A DNA stretch of 64,000 bases from Azoarcus sp. (GTDB lineage Bacteria > Pseudomonadota > Gammaproteobacteria > Burkholderiales > Rhodocyclaceae), in NCBI GenBank assembly GCA_031258965.1, contig JAIRMC010000033.1, forward strand, positions 982 to 64,981, given 5' to 3'. The position numbers and the translations under genes were made by a program. This document shows positions 19,961-32,318 of the stretch, one piece after another (position 1 is the first letter of the stretch; each line of letters begins with the position of its first letter). The notes below the pieces were generated by a model, which saw only the letters and a program-made list of their open reading frames with translations, was not told where the DNA came from and ran no database searches.

Positions 19961-22002
19961 ACCGCGACCCAATGTTCCCCTTGGGCCGCCGCTTGCAGTC
20001 CCGTGACCAGATCCCGCCAATCCGAAGCAACCCCCAGATCCACCACGGCGATGGTACGTTTCGCATCCTGTGCGGCAAACTCGACCGCGGCGGTACGTGC
20101 CAGGCCCCAGACGGCGTGTTGAACGGCATTGACGGTATCTTCCGGCGCCACGGCCCAAGCGGCTCGCGTGACAACAACGATATCGCCGCCATCAGCATCC
20201 GCGATTACCCCCAGCGACGATGTGGCCACGGCATCCAATGCCATGACGCTTGGATCAATGACAAGCAATGTCCTGCCTGCATCCATATCCAGTGCGACGC
20301 CAGCAGCCAACAGCGCCGTTTCAAGCGCCGAGCCGACAGGATCGCTCAAACGGAATCCGCCACTGACCGCCTTGCCCTGGATTGCGCCAAGCGCCATGCG
20401 CTCCCATGACCAGTCATAATGCGTTTCGGGAACCGCCGGCAATACTAGCGTATCGTCATCACCAACGATCTCCATGCCGCTGAACCCATGCCATGTTCCA
20501 TCCGAGGAGCAGGCGCTCAATTCGACCCATGCCGGTTCCAGCGGCTTGGCATGCCATTGCAGTCGCACCAAGTTCAGCCAGTCCGGTGCGCGGGCGGGCA
20601 CATCCGGCAACGGCACAGTACGACCATTGCCATGGCGGTTCGCCATTTCCGCGCAGGCCTCGCCGACGCGGGCCTGCCATTCGGCCTCCTGTCCCGCGCA
20701 ATCCGACCAGTCCGCGAGATAGCTGCCATCATTTGCCAGCGCCTGTCCCAGCAAGCCGCTACCCAGCCCCGGCCGTGGGCTGACAAGCCTCCCTGACTTG
20801 CCTGGCGCCGTAGCCAACACGATATGCTCGCTCATGTCCGAAGTAGCCGTACCGTCATCCGGCAGCCATTCAATCCGCACAAACCCGGCCGCCAGACATT
20901 GCTCGCGCCAACGCGATGCCGTCAGAAACAGTTCGCCGCCGCGCGCATCTTCGTCGCGCAAGGGCAATACCAGCGGCCCGAACACAAAATCGAACAAGCG
21001 CATGGGTTGCGTGATCTCGCGCATCAGCAACTTGCCGCTCGGCTTGAGCAAAGGCAGCAGGTTGGCAAGCGTCTCGCCGACATGCTGTGTGGCGTGGATG
21101 ACGTTGGCCGCCACGATCAGATCGTAGTCACCCGCCGCGAAGCCTTGGGTCTCGGCGCTTTTCTGCAAGTCGAACTCGCGGTATTCGATGAAATCGAAAG
21201 CGGCAAACTTTTGTTCGGCCCGCCGTGTAAAAATCGGGGAAACATCGGTAAACACATAGCGCACCCCTGGCTGACCGGACAGCGTCGGCAGCAGCCACGA
21301 AGTCGTTCCGCCTGTGCCGCCACCGACTTCCAACACCCGATACGCCGGCAGATCCCCGCCTGATGTGCTCCTGCTGCGCAAAAGATCGGTCACGACACCC
21401 GCGGCAATTTGATTGAAATAGCGCCCAAAGCTGAAATCCTGGTACAGCACCTCCACGCCACTGGAAGCGCCTTCCGGAAAAATGACAGCAACCGGCTCGA
21501 CCTCGCCGTTCATCATCGCATACAGGTTGGCGCCAGCGCGTTGCACCGTCTCCGCGATCACGTCCAGGCCTTCGCAATATCCCCTCAGTTCATCGAGCAA
21601 GTCGTCATGCGCATCACGAGGAGCGGCAGTGTGGGTAGAGTAGCGCCCATCCTGCACCTGAAGGTAGCCATCTTCGACGCAGGCGTTAAGCAGACGCACC
21701 AGCAACTGCCGATGACGCGGCAACAACCGACCGCCTCGCAGGATGTCCAACGCCGTTACGCCATGGTCAATACCATTGCCCACGCAACGCCGCACCAGCT
21801 GATCAACGTATATGGCATGCAATTTGATGACACAGACGTATAGAGCCTTCAAACGAGGAAGATCCAGCTCGCGCGCCTGCCGAGCCAGCACATTGCGCGC
21901 TGTCGGCAGGTTCATTGCCATGCACACCGGCTCGTCCACCGCCGTAACGGGCGCTTCGCGCCAGTAGCGTTGCAAATCGAACGGATAAAGCGGGGCATGC
22001 AT
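19885..22002 (-). pseudogene. HMWP1-like fragment 2: post-AT linker, C-methyltransferase and KR structural half
   Basis: PLYPFDLQRYW linker, LEVGGGTGGT SAM-binding motif, YDLIVAANVIHAT, VWGLART; out of frame with both neighbouring fragments. Confidence 0.85.
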
Positions 22003-24605
22003 TTACGGCCCGAACCAGACAGCAGCGAGGGCCATGGCAGATCGGCCCCAGCGGCATAAAGCCGCATCAATGCCTGCTGGATCTGACGACTTGCGGACTG
22101 GTTGCGCTTGGCGCAGGCGATCCAGTGAGCCGCGCCTGGCAGTTCCCTTTGCCCGATGCCGGTCAAGGGCATATCCGGCCCCATCTCCAGAAACAGTCCC
22201 GCGCCGCTTTCCACGGCTTTGCGTAAACACTGGATGAAGCGTACCGGACTGCGCATGTGGCGTTGCCAGAAATCCGGCGCGTTTAGTTGTTCGGCATCCA
22301 CCGCTTCACCGGTCAGCCCGGAAATGAATGTTATCGAACTATCCCGTGCGAGCAGAGTGGCCGTTGCTTGCTGGAACTCGTCCAATATGGGATCCAGCAT
22401 TCGTGAATGCGCAGCTCCCGTCACGGTCAGCGGATTGCTGCGTATGCCTGTTTCCTCCAGCGCTACCGCCATCTTCGCCACACATTCGCGTTCGCCGGAA
22501 AAGACCAAGTGCCGTTCGCCGTTGTATGCGGCCAGATCCAACCCCAGCCGCAGGGCAATGGGCAAAGCCTCCGCCTCGCCGGAAAAGACTGATAGCATGG
22601 CGCCGCCACTGCAACGATCCATCAGCGCGCCACGCAGCCGCACCAGCGGCATGATGTACTCATGAGAGTAATACCCGGCCGCCACGGCTGCCGCAAACTC
22701 ACCCACCGAATGGCCTAATACCATGTCTGGCGCCAGACCCAGCGCCCGCCAATGCGCCGCCATCGCCAACTCAAAGGCAACAATGGCGGGCTGGGCGTAT
22801 TCCATGCGATGCAACAGCGTGGGTTCCGGCTCCATCAGCGCCTTGCGCAGCCCCTCGGAGAAATCCCTGTCTGTCGCGGCGAACACCGCCAAGCAACGCT
22901 CCAGGCAGTCCGCGAACGCCGGAGAATGGACACACCATGTCAACGCCATGCCCGGCCATTGCGCCCCTTGACCGGTGAACAACCAGACCCGCTTACCCGT
23001 TGCGCCATGCCCTGATTGGATCAGGATATCGTCTTCCCCTTGGGCAAAGGCCTCCAGGGCATCCGCTGTCTCATCGCACACCGGTACCGCCAAGCGGCAA
23101 GGCAGATCAAGCAAGCGGCCATGCAGCGCCGTATAGGCGACGTCGGCGGCTGGCAACTTTCGCAATGCTTGCACATAGGCGCCTGCCAGACGTTGCAACG
23201 CGCCTTTGCTGTTGGCACTGAGCAGCAGCACATCCTCAACCGGGCCGTTTTTCTCTTCGCCGGGACCTGGATGACACTGCAATTCGCGCGGCAGCGAAGC
23301 CACCACCATGTGACAATTGGTGCCGCCGATACCGAAAGAAGATACACCCGCCGTTCGCGCCGCCGTATCCCATGGCCGTGCGCTGGCCGGTACATAAAAC
23401 GGCCCGTCATTCAAATGTAATTCAGGATTGGCTTGGCTGAAATTCACACAAGGCGGAATAACACCATGCTCCACCGCCAGCACGGCTTTGAGGAACCCGG
23501 CAATGCCCGCGGCGGTATCCAGGTGCCCCATGTTGCCCTTGACCGAACCCAGCGCGCAGGCCGGGCCTTGCCCAAGCGTATGGAAAACCCGATGTAACGC
23601 CTGAAGCTCGATCGAATCGCCCAATGGCGTGGCCGTGCCATGCGCCTCGATCATGCCGATCCGCTGACTCCGCACACCGGCCAAGGACAATGCCCCGGCA
23701 ATCGCTTCGCACTGGCCCGAAACCGACGGCGCTGTGTAACCCACTTTATGGCCGCCATCGTTGTTGATGGCGCTGCCCAGCACTACCGCGGCCACAGGAT
23801 CGCCATCGCGCAAGGCATCCGACAGGCGTCGTAGTACCACTGCCGCCACCCCGTTGCCGGAATACGTTCCTTGCGCTTGGGCATCGAATGGACGGCAATG
23901 CCCATCCGGCGAGAAAATCATACCTTGTTGGTATAGGTACCCGCTCACCTGCGGGAAAGATACCGCCACGCCGCCCGCAATAGCCATATTGCATTCACCG
24001 GCGCGCAGGCTCTCGCAAGCCATGTGGGTGGCCACCAGTGAACTCGAACACGCCGTCTGCACCGTGACGGCGGGGCCATGCACATCCAGCTTGTAGGCCA
24101 CGCGCGTCGCCACATAGTCCTTGTCGTTGCCCATCAGTGATTGCAGGCTTCGGACATGTGCAACCTCGGCCAAGTTGATCGCTTCCCGGCCTGGATAGGT
24201 ACTGATTCGGGCCGCGCTGAATACGCCCGTCTTGTGCGGCACAGCCCTGGGTGCATACCCGGCGTGCTCCAGCGCGTGCCATGCGATTTGCAGGAACAGG
24301 CGCTGCTGCGGGTCGATCAATTCGGCTTCCTGCCGCGAATAGCCGAATAGATCCGCATCGAAGGCATCAGCATCTTTCAACACTGTTCCTCGGGGCACAT
24401 AGGCCGGATCGTCAAGGATAGCCAACGGGACGCCGACATCCAGCAATTCCTGGCGGGAAAACCGCCGATTGCACTCGCGCCCGGCTACCAGATTAGCCCA
24501 GTAAGCATTGCTGTCCTCGGCCTCGGGAAAACGGCAGGCATAACCGATCACGGCGATCGGCTCTACATCCGGGTAATACTGGTTCAACAGTTCTTCGATA
24601 TTCAC
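21912..24605 (-). pseudogene. HMWP1 (Irp1)-like fragment 1: ketosynthase and acyltransferase
   Basis: VQTACSSSLVA, EAHGTAT and GHLDTAAG (KS triad), GHSVGE and AAHS (AT). GTG start overlaps the NRPS stop (GTGA); the frame breaks near 22003. Confidence 0.88.
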
Positions 24606-26960
24606 AACGCACTCCCGCGACGGCGCTGCGCCCGTGCCTTGCGCCGCGCGAGCAGTTCCTGACGCGCTTCATTGATGTTGGCGATGCTGCTAGCAGCAGC
24701 CGGCATACCATGTAAATGTGCGGCCAAGGCCAGTGGCGTTGCATGGGTAAACAGATCGGTCACTTGCAGATTGTCATGGCCGGTCCGCTTCAGGTGCACA
24801 TGCAACTGAACCAGTTTCAGGGATGTGGCGCCGACGTCGAAGAAGGACTGGCGCGGCTGGATCGGCAACCCGACTACTTGTTTGAAATACCGGCACAGCG
24901 CCTGCACCAACACATCATCGGTGCGCAACGTGGCAGACTCCGACGCGGCGTCAGGCAAAAACGACTTGGGCAATGCAGGCAGCGAGCGATGCGCGCCTTC
25001 CAGGCGCGGCACCAGCGCATCCAACGGCAAACCCCATGCCGCCTCATCTTCCGCCAGCCGCTGTAGCAGGGCCACGTAACGGTCGAACATGATCCGCGCC
25101 TGCGCCGGCTCGAACAGTTCCTGCACATAATCCCAGTTGAAATGCAGCTCGCCCTCCGACTCATATACCTGATGGTCGAGCCAGATCTGCGGCGTCTGCG
25201 AAATCCCCCAACGCGGTTTCATCCAGGAGGCGTGAGCCAGAAAGCGATCCCGCTCAAAGCCCAGCGCGCTGGTAAAAACTATCGGCATGGTTGCCGATGC
25301 CTGTCCGGCACGTTGGGCAAGCTGGCGCATTACCTGGATGGCCGACACATCTCGATGTAGCAGATCCTGTCGCAGACGCTGCTGAAGCCGACGGGCGCTG
25401 TCGCGCCAGTTACCGACCGGTTGCCAAGCCAGCAGCAACAAGGTCGTGAAGTCGCCCAGTACCTGCTCGATCTGTGGATGCAACGGCTGGCGATCGAACA
25501 GCGTCAGGTTCAGGCACAAATCATCGCGCGCGGCCCAGGCCGACAGGGTGGTCGCGTAAGCGGCCAACAGCAGGGCCGAGGGCGTCAGATCTTCTTCGCG
25601 CGCCCGCGTTTTGAGTGCGGCCCATTGCGCGGAGGAGAAATGGGCCGAGAACCGCGCGAAATGCGGCGCCCCGACATCGGCTGGATCGCAGCGTAACGGC
25701 AGGCGCGGCGCTGGCGGCAGACTATCCAGACGGCGCGCCCAGTACGCCAGCGACACGGCGTTGGTCTCGCGCTGGCGTACATGCTCCAGATAATCCCGGA
25801 AACTGATATCCAGTTTGGGCAACACCGACTCCAGATCCATATAGAGCCGCTCCAGTTCCGCCAGCAGGATCCGCATGCTGAGTCCGTCCAGCATCAGATT
25901 GTCCAGGCATACGAACAAGCGCGCCTGCCGGCCATCCGCCCGCGCCGCCTGGATATCGAATACGGGCCAGCGGGACGGGTTCAACACCTGCCTGGCCAGG
26001 CGCTCGCGCAAGGCAGCCGTTTCCCCGCCCTCCAGGTCGGCCACCCGATGACAATGCAGCGTGAATCCCGGCACTTCTTCCAATACCTGCTGCATGCCAT
26101 CCCGCACTACCGCCCGCAGCGTATCGTGGCGTTCGATCAGCCGGTTCATCGCATGCTCGAAGCGCGCCACGTCCAGGTCGGCAACCTCGAAATCGACGAA
26201 AAAATGCGAACCGACCCCGCCCAGCGCAAACCCCGGCTGACGACCGACCAGATAAGCCTGTTGGACATCGGTCAACGCGAACGGCGCATGGCGGGTGGCC
26301 GGATCGTGGCGCAGGCTGTCCTCGCCATGTGCGCCGCCACGATGTACGGTCGCGGCAAAAGCAGTCAGCGTCGGGAAATCGAACAGATCGCCCAACCCAG
26401 CCACATAACCTCGCCGACCCAGTTCGCCCATCAGGCGCGTCGCCAACAGGCTGTCTCCGCCCAACTGGAAAAAATGACTATCCCGGTAGATGTTGGGCGC
26501 TTTCAGCAAATCGCGCCATAAGGCCGCCACGACCTGTTCCGTGTTTCCTTGCGGCACTTCGCGTTCAGCTTGGGTTTCCTGCCGCTGGCTGGCGCAGCGT
26601 TGCGCCAGGGCGCGATGATCCACCTTTCCGTTGGCGGTCAGCGGCAAGGCCTCAAGAAAGAACAGTCGCTGCGGCGTCATATAGCCGGGGAGTAGTTTGC
26701 GCAGAGCGGCGGACAGCTTGCCGTTATCAGGCCTGAGCGCCTCGCACGGCGCGCGCAAGATCAACCATTGCACATTGCCCGCCAATCCGCAGGCTTCATT
26801 GCGCATGCCATGTGAAGCCAACATTGATTGCCACCACGGCATTTCGTGCAAGCGATCCGGTATGCCGCCATGACCATCAGCCGCCAGCAGCTCAGCGGAA
26901 ACCATCGCCAGGCTGGATACCCGGAACAACTCATGAACGCAGACCAACGCCGAAGGGGCG
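24602..26960 (-). pseudogene. HMWP2-like NRPS fragment 2: end of inserted MT-like domain, A-subdomain, PCP, Cy2, PCP
   Basis: LPLTANGKVD, LGGDSLLA (PCP), DNLMLDGLS (Cy), VGATSLKL (PCP). Continues fragment 1 in a different frame. Confidence 0.87.
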
Positions 26961-29900
26961 GAAGGCCAGCGCCGCCCGCACACCGGCATCGCCCAGCCGG
27001 TGCAAGGCATTGTTGGCCCAGACCACATCGGCCTGGTGTAATTCCTCATACGGAACATCAATGTGCCAACGCCGCGCCTCGGCACACGCATACCGTTGCA
27101 GATTCGCCGTGGCGCGCAACGCCATCTCTGGCGATTCATCCCACGCGATATATTCCACCCGCACGCCATCCAGACGCCGCAAAAGCTGTTGCGCGGCCAG
27201 GCCGCTGCGAGCGCCCACTTCATGCAGGCGCACCGACCGCCCCAGCGCCTGTTCCAGCGCCCGCACCATGTCGGCCAGCGCCTCGATGGCCGCTGCCGTA
27301 CCGTGCGTGTGCAGCAGCAAATACTCCGGCGTCCAGAATGGATGGTTCAGCAGAGTCTGCGCCGACCGCTCGCCGCGAAGAATCTGCGCGAGCGGCGCGT
27401 GGTGCGTCAGCAGCGCATCCGCGGTCTCCCGCAACGGATGCCCGCTAGGCGGCTGCCAGGGTCGAAGCGGAACGTCGGACACAGGCGCATAGCGTCCGTC
27501 TGGCATATGCTCTAAGAATCCTTCGGCGGATAGATGCTCCAACCATCGACTTATCGACCCGGCCCGGCGATGCTGTGCGCCATACTGGCGAACTGCCTCA
27601 TCCGCCGTAATGTCCGTGGTCAAGTCCACGCCCTGTCGACCCAGATGATCGTGCAGGAAGCCGGCCAGCAACCGCGCCATGTCGATTTCATTATCCGGTT
27701 CGGACTGACTCTCGTCCGGAATCCCATGTGGCGCCAGCGCCGCATAATCATTAGGCAGCGCAGGATCGGCAGGGAGGGCACTGTACAGCGCCGTCCCTTG
27801 CGGCGCCACGAAGGCGGCCAGCGATTTCTCCCGCTCGCCCACCGCGATTGCCACAGCGCTCTTGACGCCAGACACCCGCAACAAAGCCGCCTCGATCTCG
27901 CCCAGCTCGATGCGATAGCCGCCAATCTTGACCTGTGTGTCGCGCCGTCCCAGGAATTCCAGCCGGCCATCCGGCCAGTAGCAGCCCGTGTCCCCGGAGC
28001 GATACCAGCGTTCGCCATCTACCGTCACGAACTGCCGCGCCGTGCGCTCAGGGTCGTTGAAATAGCCCAGCGCCACGCCTTCGCCGCCAATCCACAGTTC
28101 CCCCGGCACCCAGTCCGGGCAATCACGGCCCCGCGCGTCGACCACGCGATACTTTTGCCGTGCCAGCGGATAGCCGTAGGGGATCGAACGCCAGCCTGGC
28201 GGCACATCCTCCACATCATGGATATTGGACCAGATGGAAGCCTCCGTCGCGCCGCCCATCGCCACGAACCGGCCATCCGACCGAAAGCGCCGGTAGCGCG
28301 CTGGCAAATCCAGACCGATCCAGTCGCCTGACAGCATCACCGTCCGCAGCGTGACCGGCGCACGCAGCCCGAGTCCTTCGCTGTAAGTCAATAGCATGTC
28401 GAACAGCGCTGGCACTGTGTTCCACAATGTTACGCCATGCCGTTCCATGGCCTCGCACCACGCGGCGGGGTCGCGCCGCTGGCTTTCATCCACCAGCACC
28501 AATGCGCCGCCCGCCGACAACAAGCCAAAAATGTCGTACACCGACAGATCGAAATGCAACGCCGACAACGCCAGCACCCTGTCACCCGCCGTAACCGCGT
28601 AGCGGCGGTTCAGCTCCGCGCACGTATTCAGCGCGCTCCGGTGGGAAATGACCACGCCTTTCGGCGTACCGGTGGATCCGGATGTGTAAATGATGTATGC
28701 CGACTTACGGGCATCGATCACGCGAGGGGCAGGCAGGGCTTCATATCCGATAGCGTCCCGCCAGTCCAGGAACGTCACGCCGTCCACCATGTCATCCGTG
28801 GAGCCGCCGGCATCGTCGCGGCCCGCCAATACCAGCGCTATGCCCGCACCCCGGTAAATCGTTCGCTGGCGTTCTTGTGGTTGATCCGGCGAAACCGGCA
28901 CATATACCGCGCCCGCGTACAATATCCCCAGCACCGCGACGATCTGCCCGACGCCCTTGGACAGAGTGATCGCCACCCGATCTTCCGGCCGCACGCCCCG
29001 CGCGACCAGCGCCCCGGCGCAGCGCCGCGCCTGTTCCGCCAGTTCGCCATAGGTCAAATGGCGATTGCCGTGAATCAATGCCACCGCATCCGGACACTCG
29101 CGCGCCTGGCGCCAGAACTTTTCATGCAGCAACCCCTCGGGGGCTGGCGCGTCGTCATAGGCGTTGATCCGCGCCCTCACGGCATACTGTGCCCGTGGCA
29201 TCAGATCCGGCGCGTCTTCACGCCAGGCTTGCGGCCGATCCATCAGATGCCTTACCTGACGCACATAGGCATGGAACATGGCATCCAGCAGCCCCGGCGG
29301 GAACAGCGCATCGTTACAGTCCCACTGCAAGAACACCGAAGCGCCATGCTCGTAGGCCAGATGATCTATCCAGACCTGCGGCGTCTGCGAAATCCCCCAG
29401 CCCGGCACACCCAATGTGCGCTCCACGTCCCGGCCAAACAACGGGCGGCCCAGATTGCTGGTGAATACCACCGGTGCGCCATGTGGATAAGCGCCCGGCG
29501 TCTTGCGCAACTCGCGCAGCCATTCCACGCCCGACCAGTGCCTGTGCTCGTAGGCTTCCGCGAAAGTTTGCTGATTGGCCTGCGCCAGCGCGCCGAAACG
29601 CGCGCCTTCGCCCGCAATGTCCAGCAGCAGGATGTTGGTGAAGTCGGCAATCATGTTTTTCACCGCGGCATGCAGCGGCTGACGGTCGAACAGGGTCAGG
29701 TTCAACAGCAACCGGGGCTGGCCGCACCAGCGCGACAGCACCGCGCCAAAGCAAGTGGCCAGCGCCATTGTCGGCGTCACGCCGTACTCTCCCGCGCATG
29801 TCCTGAAGCGCGTCCAGTCCTCGGCCTGGATTTCCACGCGCCTGCGTGAGATGCATACCTGCTTGATTTGCTCCGGCTCGCATGCCAACGGCAGATGCGG

Positions 29901-30842
29901 CGTATCGGGCAAACTGTCCCGGCGCGCCATCCAGAACTGTCGCGCCCGCTGCCGGGACGTCTCGTTTTCCTGTGCGGCCTGGGCCAGATAGCTCCTGAAA
30001 TCGTAACCCGCGTCCACCGCCGGCAGGCGTTCGCCGCGCGCCAATGCAGCCAATTCATCAAACATCAGGCTGAAGCTCGCGGCATCCAGTACCAGCAGGT
30101 CGATGTTTACGTGCAGCCTGTTGCGGCCATTGGGCAACAGCGTGAGTTGGAAATCAAAGTTCTCGCCTCGCTCAACGGCCAGCACACGGTGGCCGTGACG
30201 TTCGCGCATTGCCCGCATGTGCGCCTCGCAATCGTCCGGCAAGGCCGCGCGCATATCGTGAAGCGTCAGTCCGCGCCAGCGGACGCCGGGCCGACATTGC
30301 TGACGACCATCATCTAGGAACGTCACCGTCAGCATCGGATGGCGTTCGATCAAAGCGCCAATAGCCTGCTCCAGCGTATCGGCGTCCAGCCCCGCGCCAT
30401 CGAATTCCTGATACAAATGGCAACCCACGCCGCCCAACGTCTGATGCGGCGCGCGGCCCGCCAGATAAGCATGCTGTACGGGCGTCAGCGCGAACGGCTC
30501 GCCGTTCGCCATAGTCGGCCAGGGAGAAGAAAGGGCCTGTTTCGCAACCAGGTTCGGCGCATCTCGCGCAACCGCCGGATACTCGCGCAATAGACGGCTC
30601 CAGCCCCTCAAAGTGGGTTGCCGGTACAAATCCTGTAGCTTCACCCTGTGGCCACGCTTGCGCAAACGATGCATCCAAGCCATGAACCGCATCGAATCCA
30701 GGCCCAGCGCCAGGAAACTGGCATCGGCATCCAACTGTTGCGCGGGTATCCCGAAATCGGCGGCGACCTCTTCGCGCAATGTCTCATCCACCCATCCCAT
30801 CTCTTCTTCCTTGATCTGCGCCAACTTCGTCATCTGATCCAC
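26931..30842 (-). pseudogene. HMWP2 (Irp2)-like NRPS fragment 1: aryl carrier protein, Cy1, Cys-type adenylation domain, inserted MT-like domain
   Basis: LGLDSMR (ArCP), DLLVLDAASF (Cy), YTSGSTGTPKG, HFDLSVYD, GGATEASIWS, YRSGD and QVKIGGYRIE (A domain). The frame is lost near 26960. The start may be the ATG at 30833. Confidence 0.88.
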
Positions 30843-30845
30843 CCC

Positions 30846-32318
30846 TTAGCGCATTTCCACCGCTAGCTGCCGGTTCAGCGCCAGCACGTCTTCTTCGGAA
30901 AACCGTCCTGCGTAGAACCGCATCTTGGCGTAGGCCTGGAACCATTCCACGCAGGTTCGCAGCAATTCCAGCCGCGCCTGGTAGGCTTGCCGCTCGGCGT
31001 GCAGGGCGTCCGTGTTGGTGCGCTCACCGCCCGCCACGCTCCAGCGCATCGCCTCCACCAACCCGACGCTGTCCGCCACGTTCTGGCGCAGCGTCCGCAC
31101 GCGCTCCTCACTGCTGGCGCAAACGCGGAAATATTTCTCCAGCATCGTCCGCGCGGTCTCGACCGCGTGATCCAGCTCGTGGCGCGCCTGTTCCAGCCGC
31201 TCGCGCGACTGGCGCACCGTGTAATAGCTACCGCCGCCGCTAAACAGCGGCAGCGACGCCGACAAGCCCACCGTGTTGGCTTTGTAGTCGCGCCCCTTGT
31301 TGTTGATAGTGTCCGACGCGACCCGCTCGTGCGCCGCATAGACTGAGACCTTGGCCAGGAACTGCCCCTTCTCGCGCTCGACCGCCAGATCGTTGTACTT
31401 GACGGCCAGGCGCGTCGCCTGCAATTCCGGGTTCTGCCGCAAGGCGTCGCTGAGCAGGCCGTCCAGATCCGCTTCCCCCAACGGAATCCGCGCTTCTTCC
31501 AGATCGATGCCCAGCAACTGCGCCGCTTCCACCGGCTCGCCCACGATCGCGGAGAGTTCCCGCAAGCGGTCGGCCAGTTCGTTCTCCTGCGCCAGCAGTC
31601 CGGAGCGGGTCGCGCCCGCCTGGGTGCGCGTCTCCAGAACGTCGATCCGGGTGCCTTCGCCTTGCGCCATCATCCGCTCGTTGCCGCGCAGCATGTCTTC
31701 ATAGACGCGCAACTGCTGCCGCGCCAACGCCAACGTCTCGCGCGCCAGGACGGCGTTCAGGTAGATGTCGATCATGCCCAACGCCACTTGCTGGGTTTCC
31801 AGCCGGTACTGCACCTCGGCATGTTCGGATTGTGTCCGGCCCATCCGGTAGGCGCTGATGGCGGAATAATCGAACAGCGGCTGTTCGATGCTCACGTCGG
31901 TGCGCCGCCCGGAGAAGGCGTCCTTGACGGTGACGCGCTCTCCCGGCGACCCCGACTGCGTCACTTCCTCCGCCAGCCGCGTGCGGCTGCGCCGGTAATT
32001 GACCGAGGCCCGGGGCAGCAGCCCGGCGCGGGCAATGTCCTTCGCTTCCCGCCCCGCCGCCCGCGCCGCCCGCGCCGCGTGCAGTTCCGGCGCGTTCAGC
32101 AGCATCCGCCGATAAGCCCGCGCCAAATCCAGCGTCCGCGGATGGGATTGCGCCTGCGCCCGCGGCGGCGTCTCCAAGAGGTCGGCCCGCACGGGCGCAA
32201 TCCCGCCGAAGAACAGCGGCAACGCCGCCACCGCAACCGGAAGCCAGCGCCCCGCCCTGCCGGCCCCGCGCAAGCGCCGCCGCATGGCAGCGCATTCTCG
32301 TCTACCGCGCGCCGTCAT
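30846..32318 (-). CDS. Type I secretion outer membrane factor (TolC/HasF/AprF family)
   Basis: Signal-like N-terminus, EQPLFD, NPEL, LSASLPLFSGG and YQARL motifs. ATG abuts the MFP stop (TGAATG) and the gene ends 3 nt before the NRPS start. Confidence 0.92.
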   Translation of the reverse strand: MTARGRRECAAMRRRLRGAGRAGRWLPVAVAALPLFFGGIAPVRADLLETPPRAQAQSHPRTLDLARAYRRMLLNAPELHAARAARAAGREAKDIARAGLLPRASVNYRRSRTRLAEEVTQSGSPGERVTVKDAFSGRRTDVSIEQPLFDYSAISAYRMGRTQSEHAEVQYRLETQQVALGMIDIYLNAVLARETLALARQQLRVYEDMLRGNERMMAQGEGTRIDVLETRTQAGATRSGLLAQENELADRLRELSAIVGEPVEAAQLLGIDLEEARIPLGEADLDGLLSDALRQNPELQATRLAVKYNDLAVEREKGQFLAKVSVYAAHERVASDTINNKGRDYKANTVGLSASLPLFSGGGSYYTVRQSRERLEQARHELDHAVETARTMLEKYFRVCASSEERVRTLRQNVADSVGLVEAMRWSVAGGERTNTDALHAERQAYQARLELLRTCVEWFQAYAKMRFYAGRFSEEDVLALNRQLAVEMR

